Shown: positions 37,006 to 47,169, counted from the first letter of the stretch. The stretch is 64,000 bases of DNA from an uncultured Ferruginibacter sp. (GCA_964655055.1 CAZZLI010000003.1:2381-66380), one strand, 5' to 3'. Numbers and translations: made by a program. The notes: generated by a model from the letters alone, not told the origin.

Positions 37006-38315
37006 TTAACCCAACACAACTAAAGTAAGAGGGACAGCGTTAGGCAACATGCTATGAGCGACCTGAAACGACTACAAATCATACGTTGTAAAACAGAAAT
37101 TTTTAGCACCATAACGCAATACATCAAGTCTAAAGCTGGATACCCCCGGATATATTCATACCCGTTACCCAATCGCCAACAGACAGCACGTTGATTAAAA
37201 ATTGTATATACGGAGTAAGAAAATGTTGATGCCCAAATGAGTATGTTGATAACTTAAAGTACTATGGAAGGAAAAGAACACATCGATTACCAACCTTTTT
37301 TGAAAGAAATCCTTTCAAAAATTCAGCTTGCCCGGTATGAAATGCTCAAAACCGTCAGCAAACAAACGGTGGCTCTTTACTGGCAAATAGGGAAATCCGT
37401 AAGTGAAAAGGTGAAAAGTGAAAAATGGGGGAAATCTGTTGTAGAGCAACTCTCGAAAGATTTACAAACCGAGCATCCCGGAATCAGAGGTTTTTCAGCT
37501 CGGAACATTTGGAACATGAAAAACTTTTATGAATTTTATTCGTCAAATGAAAAACTGCAACCACTGGTTGCAGAAATTGGTTGGACACAAAACTGCCTCA
37601 TTTTAGAAAAGTGTAAAGACAACCAACAAATAGAATACTACCTGCGGAAAACCAAACAAATGGGCTGGTCTAAAACGGATTTGATAGATAAAATCCAAAA
37701 AAATCACTTCGAAAATCAGGCATTGGCACAGAATAATTTTCAGGCAACCGTTTCGCCGGAACTCAAAGCTCAGGTGGCCTGGGAATTTGCAGATGATTAC
37801 AACATTGAATTACTCAATCCCGATTTACCTATTAGTGAAAAGGAACTGGAAAACGCCATTGTGACCAATATCGTGAAATTTTTATCTGAAATGGGTGGCC
37901 ATTTTGCTTTTGTAGGACGCCAGTTCAAAATTGATTTTCACGAGAAGGAATATTTTATTGATTTGCTGTTTTTCAATCTCAAGCTCAATTGTTTTGTGAT
38001 TTTTGAACTCAAAGCAGGAGAATTCGACCCTAAAGATGTGGGGCAAATAAAATGGTATATGGAATTGGTAAACAACAAGATAAAAGAGCAAAACCATAAT
38101 CCTGCAATTGGTATCATTTTATGCAAAAACAAAGACCGATTGATGGTAGAATACATGCTTGCCAATAATCAGGATGCTTTGGGCGTAGCTACGTTTAACA
38201 GATACGAAGAACTGCCGGAAACTTATGCAAAATATCTTCCAAGCGAAGAGGAGATCATTAAAAGATTATCTAACCTATAAAAATTTATTACGGATTTTAA
38301 CCCAATAAAACCAAA
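37006..38315. mobile_element. AT-rich horizontally acquired islet bounded by imperfect 19-bp direct repeats
   Basis: Abrupt shift to A/T-ending codons. TTAACCCAACACAACTAAA (37006-37024) vs TTAACCCAATAAAACCAAA (38297-38315), 16/19 identical. No integrase inside. Confidence 0.5.
37264..38280 (+). CDS. YhcG/DUF1016 family PD-(D/E)XK nuclease domain protein
   Basis: LYWQIG, WG..V...LS.DL, GFS.RN...M..FY, E.ELE.A, F.FVGRQ, IDLLFF, ELK...F.P...GQ..Y, N..IGIILC. Confidence 0.9.
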   Translation: MEGKEHIDYQPFLKEILSKIQLARYEMLKTVSKQTVALYWQIGKSVSEKVKSEKWGKSVVEQLSKDLQTEHPGIRGFSARNIWNMKNFYEFYSSNEKLQPLVAEIGWTQNCLILEKCKDNQQIEYYLRKTKQMGWSKTDLIDKIQKNHFENQALAQNNFQATVSPELKAQVAWEFADDYNIELLNPDLPISEKELENAIVTNIVKFLSEMGGHFAFVGRQFKIDFHEKEYFIDLLFFNLKLNCFVIFELKAGEFDPKDVGQIKWYMELVNNKIKEQNHNPAIGIILCKNKDRLMVEYMLANNQDALGVATFNRYEELPETYAKYLPSEEEIIKRLSNL

Positions 38316-38371
38316 CCAAGAGGCACTGCATTTATGTATTATCCCGTTCTGAACGGTGCAGGGTAAATCAA

Positions 38372-39433
38372 TTGAAAACCATAGGAACCATATCGGCAGT
38401 TTTTCTTGCCTTCGTTTTCTGTGCTTTTGTGCAGGAGCGCTTCGCACCCCATCCCTTCAAATTGGTTGTTCCCAGGGGTTGGCCCAAACCCTATCCGGAA
38501 GTTTTTGCCAAAAACCCCCTTACCGAGGAGGGGTTTCAACTGGGGCGAAAGCTGTTCTACGACACCCGGCTGAGCCGCGACAGCAATTTCGCCTGCGCCA
38601 GCTGCCATCAGCAATTCGCCTCCTTTGCCCATTTTGAGCATGACCTGAGCCATGGTTTCAACAACGGCTTTACCACCCGGAATGCCCCGGTACTGATCAA
38701 CCTCGCCTGGATGCGACAGATGCACTGGGATGGCGGCATCAACCATCTGGAAGTCCAGCCCCTGGCCCCGATTACGGCACCCAATGAAATGGCGGAAACA
38801 ATCGATGGTGTGATGGCCAAACTTCGGCGGGACGGGGAATATCCCGCAATGTTCAAAGCCGCCTTCGGCAACGAAACGATCAACAGTGAACGGATGCTGC
38901 GCGCACTGGCCCAGTTCACAGGAAGCATCCAATCGTACAATACCAAATACGACCGGGTGATGACGGGAAAAGACAGCTTCACGGTAAGTGAAAAAACCGG
39001 CTACGATTTTTTCAACATCTACTGCAACAGCTGCCACAAGGCTCCCCTCTTCACCGACAACCTGTTTCACAATACCGGCCTACCGCTCAAACCCAGGTTG
39101 AAAGATGCCGGCAGGATGCAGGTGACTAAAATGCTATCCGACACCCTGAAGTTCAAAACCCCCACCCTGCGCAACATCACGGTTTCGGCGCCGTATATGC
39201 ACGACGGACGCTTTTACGGGTTCGGACAGGTTATCGACCATTACCGCAACCGGATTGATACGGCAAGTCCTTACATCGACCCGCTGCTGAAAAAGAAAAT
39301 CCGCATATCCGACCAGATGAAGCTGGATCTGATTTCCTTCCTCCATACCCTTCGCGACGATACCCTGCTGAAAAGCACACGATATGCACCGCCTCCCAAC
39401 GGCCGGGATTTCAAGACGGACATACACTTCTGA
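38372..39433 (+). CDS. Di-heme cytochrome c peroxidase/MauG superfamily protein
   Basis: Signal peptide; CASCH and CNSCH; RN.P, WDG, FKTPTLRN, PYMHDG. Confidence 0.9.
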   Translation: MKTIGTISAVFLAFVFCAFVQERFAPHPFKLVVPRGWPKPYPEVFAKNPLTEEGFQLGRKLFYDTRLSRDSNFACASCHQQFASFAHFEHDLSHGFNNGFTTRNAPVLINLAWMRQMHWDGGINHLEVQPLAPITAPNEMAETIDGVMAKLRRDGEYPAMFKAAFGNETINSERMLRALAQFTGSIQSYNTKYDRVMTGKDSFTVSEKTGYDFFNIYCNSCHKAPLFTDNLFHNTGLPLKPRLKDAGRMQVTKMLSDTLKFKTPTLRNITVSAPYMHDGRFYGFGQVIDHYRNRIDTASPYIDPLLKKKIRISDQMKLDLISFLHTLRDDTLLKSTRYAPPPNGRDFKTDIHF

Positions 39434-39451
39434 ACAACCGGAAACAAAAAA

Positions 39452-39483
39452 CCGGCAAAAACAAAACAGATGTCTTTTGCCGG
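39452..39483. terminator. Probable terminator hairpin between convergent genes
   Basis: CCGGCAAAA (39452-39460) / TTTTGCCGG (39475-39483). Confidence 0.5.
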
Positions 39484-39523
39484 CTTCCTGAACGGGGCTG
39501 TACCCGTCGGAGTATCTTTCATG

Positions 39524-40171
39524 TCAATTCTGGCGGGTGGTCCTTTTGCCTTTTAGGGTCTCCTCGATTTTGCGCTGGTTTTCGATTTCCACGCGCTGCT
39601 CGTCCTGCTTCCGCTTGTTTTCTTCAATATCCTTTTCAATCTTCTCTTTTTTCTTGGCCAGATCAGCCGATTCGTTCACCAGCTTTTCCAGCTTTTGTTC
39701 GGCTTTCTTGGTGGCGGATGACTGGTCGTTTATCTGCAGTTCAAGATCGTAGGCCGATACTGCCGGAAGCTGGTTGGCGAGGTATTGTTTCGCATCGGTC
39801 ATGACCCGGTCATACTCCGAATCGCCCAGGAATTTCTCATACCCGGAAGAGACCAGCAAGGTCACGGTTGTGCTGTTCTTGTCTTTTTTCCCTTTAGACT
39901 TGGCTTTGACATAAAGGTCATAGGTTTCGTTGCCGAATTCAGGAAGCCTTACCCCGCTGTACAGCACATATCCTTTGCTGTCTTTTCCCTTATAGCCCAT
40001 TTTCTGCATCCTTTCCTCGATGGCTTTGTACACCACATTTTCCGGATAGGGCATTTCCAGCTCAACGGCAGGCTGGGTCGTCTTCTGAAATTCGGCGGTA
40101 GTCACCCTGGCCTGAGCGAAGAGAGAGAGAGAGGCAAAAGTCATCAGCAGGGTGTAAACAAATTTTTTCAT
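39524..40171 (-). CDS. Hypothetical exported protein with C-terminal coiled coil
   Basis: Sec signal (MKKFVYT..SLFAQ) and a Lys/Glu/Gln-rich heptad tail. Confidence 0.75.
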   Translation of the reverse strand: MKKFVYTLLMTFASLSLFAQARVTTAEFQKTTQPAVELEMPYPENVVYKAIEERMQKMGYKGKDSKGYVLYSGVRLPEFGNETYDLYVKAKSKGKKDKNSTTVTLLVSSGYEKFLGDSEYDRVMTDAKQYLANQLPAVSAYDLELQINDQSSATKKAEQKLEKLVNESADLAKKKEKIEKDIEENKRKQDEQRVEIENQRKIEETLKGKRTTRQN

Positions 40172-40344
40172 GGTTGAAATAATTAGTATTAACAAAGAAA
40201 ATTATTGCGCTAAATTACTGTTTCAGCAATGAACTCTTACCGGAAGCGGTGGTTTTTGAACAGGGTGTTGAAAACCTTTTTCACCGGAACTTGATCTGCA
40301 GGAAGGTGCGATAAGAGTAAATTTGCTCAAACATACCAAGCCGT

Positions 40345-41880
40345 TTGGGAGAAATCAAAAAACTTGCGGGGCAAACCTTATGGTACGGGCTGAGTTCAAT
40401 TGCGGCCCGGCTGATCAATTATCTGCTGACGCCCTATTTGACCTATAGCCTGGTCATCAAAACGGCCGACTTCGGGAAGATGGCCCTGGTCTATGCCGCC
40501 ATTCCGGTATTCAATGTCATTTTCACCTACGGGTTTGAAACCGCGTTTTTCCGGTTTTCCTCTTCCGATGAACGGCACAACCGCTCGGTGTACAGTACCT
40601 CCCTATGGTCGCTCCTTTTCAGCACGCTCCTGCTTTCGTTCTTGCTCTGGATGCAGCAGCATCGGCTTGTAGGCACGCTGGGGCTGGATGCAACGCCCCA
40701 ATTGATCCGGCTTGGCATTATCATCATTGCCCTCGATGCCCTTTCTGCCATTCCCTTCGCAAGGCTGCGCCAGGAGGGACGACCGGTGAAATTCGCCCTC
40801 ATCCGGATTTCCGGTATTCTGATCAATGTTTTTCTGACCTGGTTTTTCGTGAGCTTTTGTACATCGGCGGCCAAGCAAAATCCGCAGAGCTGGGTATTAT
40901 CCTTTTTCAGCAGCGAAACCAACCCCATCGTGTATGTGATGCTGGCCAATCTGATCCAGTCGGCCCTCACCCTCTTGCTGCTGGGACGGGAGATCCTGCA
41001 GATACGTCCCACGTTCAACGGAACCTTATGGCTGCGCATGATGGTGTATGCGCTGCCCCTGCTGGTAGCCGGACTGGGCGGGATGATCAACGAAACCCTG
41101 GACCGGCTGATGCTGAACTGGTGGATGCCGGGTACCGTGGAAGAAAAGCAATCCGCTGTGGGCATTTACAACGCCTGTTACAAACTGGCTATCCTGATCA
41201 CGCTGTTCATACAGGCGTTCCGTATGGGAGCGGAACCTTTTTTCTTCCGCAGGGCGCGGGAAGCGGATGCGGGCCAGACTTATGCGCGCGTCATGAAATT
41301 TTTCGTGATTGTGGTTTCGCTGATGTTCCTGGTGGTAGCGCTCTTCATTCCCGTCTGGAAATATTTCATCGGGCCTCGCTACTGGTCGGGCTTATCGGTG
41401 GTGCCCGTGCTGCTTTTTGCCAACATTTTCCTGGGCATCTACTACAACCTGAGCATCTGGTACAAGTTGTCGAACAAAACCATGGCCGGAGCCTGGATCA
41501 CCGTGGCCGGTTCGCTGGTGACCATTGTGGTAAACTATCTCTTCATCCCCAGGTTCGGTTTTAACGCCTGTGCCTGGTCAACCTTCCTGTGTTACGGTAC
41601 GATGATGGTGATTTCGTTCAGGTGGGGACAAAAGCAACATCGCATTCCCTATGCCTGGAAAAAACTGCTTGCCTATCTGGTGATTGTGGCCCTGCTCTTC
41701 TTCATACACCGAGGCCTGAGCCTGTTATGGCCCAATCCGGTTTTTGTACTGGTTGTTGCCAGCCTGCTCACGCTTGCCTATTGCCGGTTCATTGTACTGG
41801 TAGAGAGAAAAGAACTGGTTCATCTGCCGCTGTTGGGAAAATTCATCAGACAGGATAAGAAGCCACAGGCTAAAAATTGA
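40345..41880 (+). CDS. Polysaccharide biosynthesis flippase (Wzx/MOP superfamily)
   Basis: TTG start; KKLAGQT.WYGLSSI, YG.ETAFFRF, PFA.LR, G.INET.DR, QAFRMGAEPFFF; about 14 TM. TAAATTTG at 40318-40325. Confidence 0.88.
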   Translation: MGEIKKLAGQTLWYGLSSIAARLINYLLTPYLTYSLVIKTADFGKMALVYAAIPVFNVIFTYGFETAFFRFSSSDERHNRSVYSTSLWSLLFSTLLLSFLLWMQQHRLVGTLGLDATPQLIRLGIIIIALDALSAIPFARLRQEGRPVKFALIRISGILINVFLTWFFVSFCTSAAKQNPQSWVLSFFSSETNPIVYVMLANLIQSALTLLLLGREILQIRPTFNGTLWLRMMVYALPLLVAGLGGMINETLDRLMLNWWMPGTVEEKQSAVGIYNACYKLAILITLFIQAFRMGAEPFFFRRAREADAGQTYARVMKFFVIVVSLMFLVVALFIPVWKYFIGPRYWSGLSVVPVLLFANIFLGIYYNLSIWYKLSNKTMAGAWITVAGSLVTIVVNYLFIPRFGFNACAWSTFLCYGTMMVISFRWGQKQHRIPYAWKKLLAYLVIVALLFFIHRGLSLLWPNPVFVLVVASLLTLAYCRFIVLVERKELVHLPLLGKFIRQDKKPQAKN

Positions 41881-41943
41881 CCGTACAATACTTATTGGGT
41901 ATATTGCATAAGCGTCGTTCCTGTCAACCCTCAATTCGAATCC

Positions 41944-42585
41944 ATGTCAAACAAAACCTTCGCCCTGCTTGCCTTTCTTCTATTACCGCTCCTGTCTATC
42001 GCACAGACAAAAAAGCCCCGGAAATTTGACGATACCGACCGTGAGAACTTTTTCCGGTTCGGCGTAAAAGGCGGCGTGAATGTCAATAAGATCAAAGGGC
42101 AATCCTTCCAGTCCGGCTTCTCCTACAATTACCAGTTGGGCGGTTTCCTGCAATTCAATTTCAGCAAGCGGTTCGGCATACAGCCGGAGGTGAACCTGGT
42201 GCAGGCGGGAGGGGAATTCACGGACGACCCCACCGATATTTATGACGACCTGTTCCGCGACGGGGGGCAGAAAAAAGCCAGCCTGACCTATATGGAAGTC
42301 CCGGTATTACTCAACATCAATGTGGGGGAAAGCAAGCATGTTAAACTGCAGCTGGGACCGGCCATCAACTTCCTGCTCAAACAAAATGTCGAACAGCTGG
42401 TCAACAACAACACAACGGTGTACAAGAATACGGAGTTCAGCGCCATGGGCGGACTTTGGCTGCAGCTGCCCCTGATCCATATCGGAGGAAGATACAAGTA
42501 CGGCTTCACCAACATCAACGGCATCGACAACAAGGAAACCTGGCGCAACCAGTCGATCCAGGTATTTATCGGACTGACGTTCTGA
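41944..42585 (+). CDS. Porin family / outer-membrane beta-barrel protein
   Basis: Signal peptide, FGVKGGVN, QPE, Y.EVP, alternating strands and terminal Phe. Confidence 0.82.
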   Translation: MSNKTFALLAFLLLPLLSIAQTKKPRKFDDTDRENFFRFGVKGGVNVNKIKGQSFQSGFSYNYQLGGFLQFNFSKRFGIQPEVNLVQAGGEFTDDPTDIYDDLFRDGGQKKASLTYMEVPVLLNINVGESKHVKLQLGPAINFLLKQNVEQLVNNNTTVYKNTEFSAMGGLWLQLPLIHIGGRYKYGFTNINGIDNKETWRNQSIQVFIGLTF

Positions 42586-42714
42586 TTCTGATTTATTCCT
42601 GAATGAACGGGTATAAACGCTTATACCGAAATTCCTTCCACATCCTGCCATAATTTTATCCGATGAAGGCGGTCGATTGTTCCGCCCGGTTGATGTCGTC
42701 CGAAACGGATACGT

Positions 42715-43437
42715 ATGATTGCAACAATACCGCTGGAAGAACTGCTGGTCATCGATATCGAAACCGTATCGGAAAAGAAGGATTTCTACGAGCTCAGTTC
42801 CGAATGGCAAAACCTATGGGATGAAAAAACAACATGGTCGAGGCCCCAGGATACGGATGCCGCCGGTTTTTATCCGCAACGGGCCGGGGTGATGGCCGAG
42901 TTTGCCAAAATCATCTGCATCAGTGTCGGTTTTTTCCATAGGGATGACGTCCGGCTTTCGTTTCGGGTGAAAGGGATTTACGGTGATGATGAGCGGTCTG
43001 TTCTTCTACAATTCACAGAAACCCTGACTCAGTTCGGAAGCCGGCAAAAGAAATGGTGTTTTGCCGGGCATAATATCCGGGAATTCGATATCCCTTTCCT
43101 CTGCCGCAGAATGATCATCAACCAACTTTCGCTGCCGGCTTGTCTGGATATGCAAAACAGGAAGCCCTGGGAAACCAACCTTATTGACACCTTTCAATAC
43201 TGGCGCTTCGGCGATTACAAACAATTCACTTCGCTCAAACTATTGGCCGCGGCACTGGGCGTGCCTTCCCCAAAAGACGATATCGATGGCAGCCAGGTGG
43301 GGGCCGTATACTGGAAGGAGCACGACCTTGAACGAATCGCGCTCTATTGCCGCAAGGATGTGGCTACCGTGGCCAATATCATCCTGCGGTTCCGAAACCA
43401 GCCTCTGCTCGAACCGGGCCAGATGGTTTTCATCTAG
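42715..43437 (+). CDS. Stand-alone PolB-like 3'-5' exonuclease (DEDD)
   Basis: IDIET, AEF.KI.CIS.G, HN..EFD.PF, KPWE...IDT..W, YC.KDV. Confidence 0.88.
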   Translation: MIATIPLEELLVIDIETVSEKKDFYELSSEWQNLWDEKTTWSRPQDTDAAGFYPQRAGVMAEFAKIICISVGFFHRDDVRLSFRVKGIYGDDERSVLLQFTETLTQFGSRQKKWCFAGHNIREFDIPFLCRRMIINQLSLPACLDMQNRKPWETNLIDTFQYWRFGDYKQFTSLKLLAAALGVPSPKDDIDGSQVGAVYWKEHDLERIALYCRKDVATVANIILRFRNQPLLEPGQMVFI

Positions 43438-43596
43438 CCGGTCCCCAACAAAACTCAAGATCTCATACAGGGCCCGTGGTCCACAATCCAACCCGGTCCG
43501 GATTTTAGACACCCACTTTATGTCACTCTTTTTTCTCCATCACAGGGGTTCCATCCGAAAAACGATATCTTTCCAAAAAAAGCGAGAAATAAAAAA

Positions 43597-45189
43597 ATGA
43601 CGGAACAGGGTTCGTTTTTCAGCAGTTGGAAAAATGATCTGCCGGCTTCCATCGTCGTGTTGCTCGTTGCGCTTCCCCTTTGTCTGGGCATTGCGCTGGG
43701 CAGCGGGGCCCCCTTATTTTCGGGCATCATCGCAGGAATCGTTGGAGGTATTGTCGTGGGCTTGCTGAGCAAATCCAACCTCAGCGTGACGGGTCCGGCA
43801 GCAGGACTAACCGTGATTGTTTCCGGAGCCATCACCCAATTGCAGGTATTTGAAGCGTTTCTGATGGCCGTGGTGATTTCGGGTGCCATTCAGGTTCTGC
43901 TTGGGTTCCTTCGGGCAGGAATTATCGGCGATTTTATTCCCAATTCAGTGATCAAGGGGATGCTTGCTGCTATCGGGCTTATTCTTATGCTCAAACAGCT
44001 TCCCTTTCTTGCAGGTTATGAAACCGATTTTGAAGGAGATGAGAACTTCAACCAGATTGACCGGCAAAATACATTTTCCGCAATCCTAAGACTGGCGGAC
44101 CAGATAACCCCCACTGCGCTGCTGATTGGTTGCGCGGGCATCGTCATTATGAGGGTATGGGAGTCGCCCCGGATCAAACGAATTTCCGGGCTGCAGCTGC
44201 TTCCCGCCCCGCTGCTGATTGTCGTGTTGGCCGCATCAGCCAATCAGTTTCTGGTTGACCGGTATCCGTCGTGGTCGTTGCAGCAAAAGCATCTTGTCGC
44301 CTTGCCGGTTGCCGCCAACCTGAAAGCATTTGCCGGCTTTTTCACCCTACCCGATACAAAGTATATTTTTGACCTCAGGGTATGGACGACCGGGCTGACC
44401 CTTGCTATCGTAGCAAGTCTTGAAACCCTTTTGGGCATAGAGGCGGTGGATAAGCTCGATCCCCTGAAACGGATCACACCAGCAAATACTGAACTGAAGG
44501 CACAGGGATTTGGCAATATGGTTTCCGGGCTGCTCGGGGGATTACCGGTCACCTCGGTCGTGGTAAGAAGTTCAGCCAATGTGAGTGCCGGGGGTGTAAC
44601 AAAATTAAGCACCATCCTCCATGGTATTTTTCTTTGCATTTGTGTCCTGCTGATTCCGGGATTACTCAATAAGATTCCGCTCTGTGCGTTAGCAGCTATT
44701 TTGATGTTCACCGGTTACAAGCTGGCGAAAATTTCCTTGTTCAGGTCATTTTACCTGGAGGGGTGGGATCAGTTTGTTCCTTTTGTTGTGACCATCGTCG
44801 CCATCCTGTTTACCGACCTCCTCAAGGGTATCGGTATCGGTCTGCTCGTTGGCATACTTTTCACCATCAAAAGCAATTTCAAATCGGCCGTATTGATCGT
44901 ACAAGACGGGAGGAATTACCTGCTGCGGTTCAGACGGGATGTTTCGTTCCTGAACAAGCCACTCATCAAAAGCATGCTCGGCTCCTTACCGTCGGACACT
45001 TACCTGTTGATTGATGCCAGCCGGGCCGACTTCATCGACAAGGACATCATCGAAGAGGTCAACAATTTCATCACACATGCCGCAAGCAAGAACATCGGGG
45101 TCGATGTGAAAAAAAACGAGAACAATCTGACACATCAAATGTTGATGCCGGGTAACAATCCGCCGGTTGAAAAAACCGGAACCTCCTAG
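43597..45189 (+). CDS. SulP (SLC26) family inorganic anion transporter
   Basis: D..AS.VV.LVALPLCLGIA, S..S..GPAAG, SLETLL...A.DK, ELKAQG.GN, RSSAN; short STAS-like tail. Confidence 0.92.
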   Translation: MTEQGSFFSSWKNDLPASIVVLLVALPLCLGIALGSGAPLFSGIIAGIVGGIVVGLLSKSNLSVTGPAAGLTVIVSGAITQLQVFEAFLMAVVISGAIQVLLGFLRAGIIGDFIPNSVIKGMLAAIGLILMLKQLPFLAGYETDFEGDENFNQIDRQNTFSAILRLADQITPTALLIGCAGIVIMRVWESPRIKRISGLQLLPAPLLIVVLAASANQFLVDRYPSWSLQQKHLVALPVAANLKAFAGFFTLPDTKYIFDLRVWTTGLTLAIVASLETLLGIEAVDKLDPLKRITPANTELKAQGFGNMVSGLLGGLPVTSVVVRSSANVSAGGVTKLSTILHGIFLCICVLLIPGLLNKIPLCALAAILMFTGYKLAKISLFRSFYLEGWDQFVPFVVTIVAILFTDLLKGIGIGLLVGILFTIKSNFKSAVLIVQDGRNYLLRFRRDVSFLNKPLIKSMLGSLPSDTYLLIDASRADFIDKDIIEEVNNFITHAASKNIGVDVKKNENNLTHQMLMPGNNPPVEKTGTS

Positions 45190-45238
45190 AATGTATCAAG
45201 GTCCCTTCAGGGCTGAACAACCTAATAAGCCATCGCAG

Positions 45239-45874
45239 ATGAATAAATACGAAAAACTGCTGCTCGAAAACAAGGCCTGGGCCAAAGAAAAACTTCTGGA
45301 TGACCCGGATTTTTTCAGCAGACTGGAAAAAATCCAGTCTCCGGAATTCCTTTGGATCGGGTGCAGCGACAGCCGTGTTCCGGCCAATGAAATCACCGGA
45401 ACAAAGCCCGGAGAAATCTTTGTTCACCGGAATATCGCCAATATGGTGGTTCATACCGACCTCAACCTGCTGAGCGTGCTGCAGTATGCGGTGGAGGTAT
45501 TGCATGTCAAACACATCATCATTTGCGGCCATTACGGCTGCGGCGGTGTCAAAGCGGCCATGACACGACACTCGTTCGGTATCATCAACAAATGGCTGAG
45601 AAACATCAAAGATGTGTATGCGGTAAACCGCAGTGAAATCGACCGACTTCCCGATGAGAACAGCCGGGTGAACAAACTCATTGAAATCAATGTAAGGGAG
45701 CAGGTGTTCAACCTGGCCAAAACCTCGATTGTTCAACGATCGTGGAAAAAGTTCAATTACCCGCACCTGCATGGATGGGTTTACGATCTGCACGATGGCA
45801 TCATCAAACCGGTTTATGAAATGGAGTCCGGAACCCAGATTGATCCGCTGTTCGCTTTTGACGACCTTGAATAA
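45239..45874 (+). CDS. can: Beta-class carbonic anhydrase
   Basis: WIGCSDSRVP, FVHRNIAN, CGHYGCGG. Start moved to ATG 45239. Confidence 0.94.
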   Translation: MNKYEKLLLENKAWAKEKLLDDPDFFSRLEKIQSPEFLWIGCSDSRVPANEITGTKPGEIFVHRNIANMVVHTDLNLLSVLQYAVEVLHVKHIIICGHYGCGGVKAAMTRHSFGIINKWLRNIKDVYAVNRSEIDRLPDENSRVNKLIEINVREQVFNLAKTSIVQRSWKKFNYPHLHGWVYDLHDGIIKPVYEMESGTQIDPLFAFDDLE

Positions 45875-45909
45875 CCCGGTGGGTTACCATGTCTTTTGCC
45901 TTCTCAACC

Positions 45910-47169
45910 ATGTCTACCTACCCGGAAAAAAAGGAATTCAGAAAATTGTTGATCATCGGCGGCGGCGCAGCCGGATTCTTCTGTGCCGTGAATGCCGCTG
46001 AACATGCGCCCGGCCTTCAGGTGGTAATACTGGAAAAAAGCGGCAAGCTGCTCAGCAAGGTCAAAATCAGTGGCGGCGGCCGGTGCAATGTCACCCACAA
46101 CTGCGAAAGCCCGACTGATCTGCTCGAAGCCTATCCGCGGGGGAAATCCTTGCTGAAAAAAGCGTTCCGCCAATTCTTCACGACCGATACCGTTGATTGG
46201 TTCGCCCAACGGGGCGTACAATTGAAAACCGAAGCCGACGGCCGCATGTTTCCCGATACGGATAATTCACAAACCGTGATCGACTGCCTGATGAAACGGG
46301 TACAGGAACTGGGCATCCGCATTCAACTGTTCGCAGAGCCTGAACAACTGTATTTTGACGGAAAGCGTTGGCAAATCGAATTACGCAGCGGCGACAAGCT
46401 CGAAGCGGATTTTGTATGCATTGCCTCGGGCGGCTATCCCAAATCAAGCGGTTACGACTGGATCCGCAAACTCGGCCATACCATCACAGCGCCTGTTCCC
46501 TCCCTCTTCACCTTCAACATGCCCGATGATCCGATAACCGCACTTCAGGGCATTACCGTTCCCCATGCAGTTGCGGGGATCCGCGGCATAAAACAGATAT
46601 CACAGGGCCCTTTACTGATCACCCACTGGGGTATGAGTGGCCCGGCTATTTTGAAACTGTCGGCCCTGGCGGCACGGGAACTGGCGGAGAAACACTGGAA
46701 TTTCACAGCGGTCATCAACTGGCTGCCGGAATACCATGAGCAAAGCCTGAAAGAAAAATTGCAGGAACTGCGGTTTTCACTTGCGGGCAAATTGATGGAA
46801 AACCAATGTCCGCTCGGTCTGCCTTTGCGGCTCTGGAACCACCTGCTTCGTGAAGCCGGGATACCCGGGCACACCCGCTGGTCGGACATGACTGCGAAAG
46901 CGCAGAACCTGCTTGTAAAATGCTGCTGCAACCACGAATATGCCGTAAAAGGCAAAACGACATTCAAGGAAGAATTTGTTACGGCCGGTGGCGTATCGCT
47001 CGACGAGATCGACAGCAATACGCTGGAAAGTAAAAAAGCGCCGGGCGTCTATTTCGCCGGTGAAGTGCTCGATGCAGACGGCATCACAGGCGGCTACAAC
47101 TTCCAGCAGGCCTGGACCACAGGATATCTGGCAGCGAAAGCGATTGCAGTGGCCTGTGAAAATGGTTGA
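45910..47169 (+). CDS. HI0933/YhiN (BaiN-like) family flavoprotein
   Basis: GGGAAG, K..ISGGGRCNVT, E..GRMFP, L.THWG.SGPA.L, T.GGV, GE.LD.DG.TGGYN.Q.AW.TG. Confidence 0.92.
   Translation: MSTYPEKKEFRKLLIIGGGAAGFFCAVNAAEHAPGLQVVILEKSGKLLSKVKISGGGRCNVTHNCESPTDLLEAYPRGKSLLKKAFRQFFTTDTVDWFAQRGVQLKTEADGRMFPDTDNSQTVIDCLMKRVQELGIRIQLFAEPEQLYFDGKRWQIELRSGDKLEADFVCIASGGYPKSSGYDWIRKLGHTITAPVPSLFTFNMPDDPITALQGITVPHAVAGIRGIKQISQGPLLITHWGMSGPAILKLSALAARELAEKHWNFTAVINWLPEYHEQSLKEKLQELRFSLAGKLMENQCPLGLPLRLWNHLLREAGIPGHTRWSDMTAKAQNLLVKCCCNHEYAVKGKTTFKEEFVTAGGVSLDEIDSNTLESKKAPGVYFAGEVLDADGITGGYNFQQAWTTGYLAAKAIAVACENG

Noticed and set aside
37054-37194. 46-aa ORF (MSDLKRLQIIRC...) inside the islet
   Set aside because: No recognisable motif or supporting context; probably chance.
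37039-38280. Bona fide integron gene cassette
   Set aside because: Core-like heptamers exist but are not mutually complementary; no attC stem-loop and no integrase seen.
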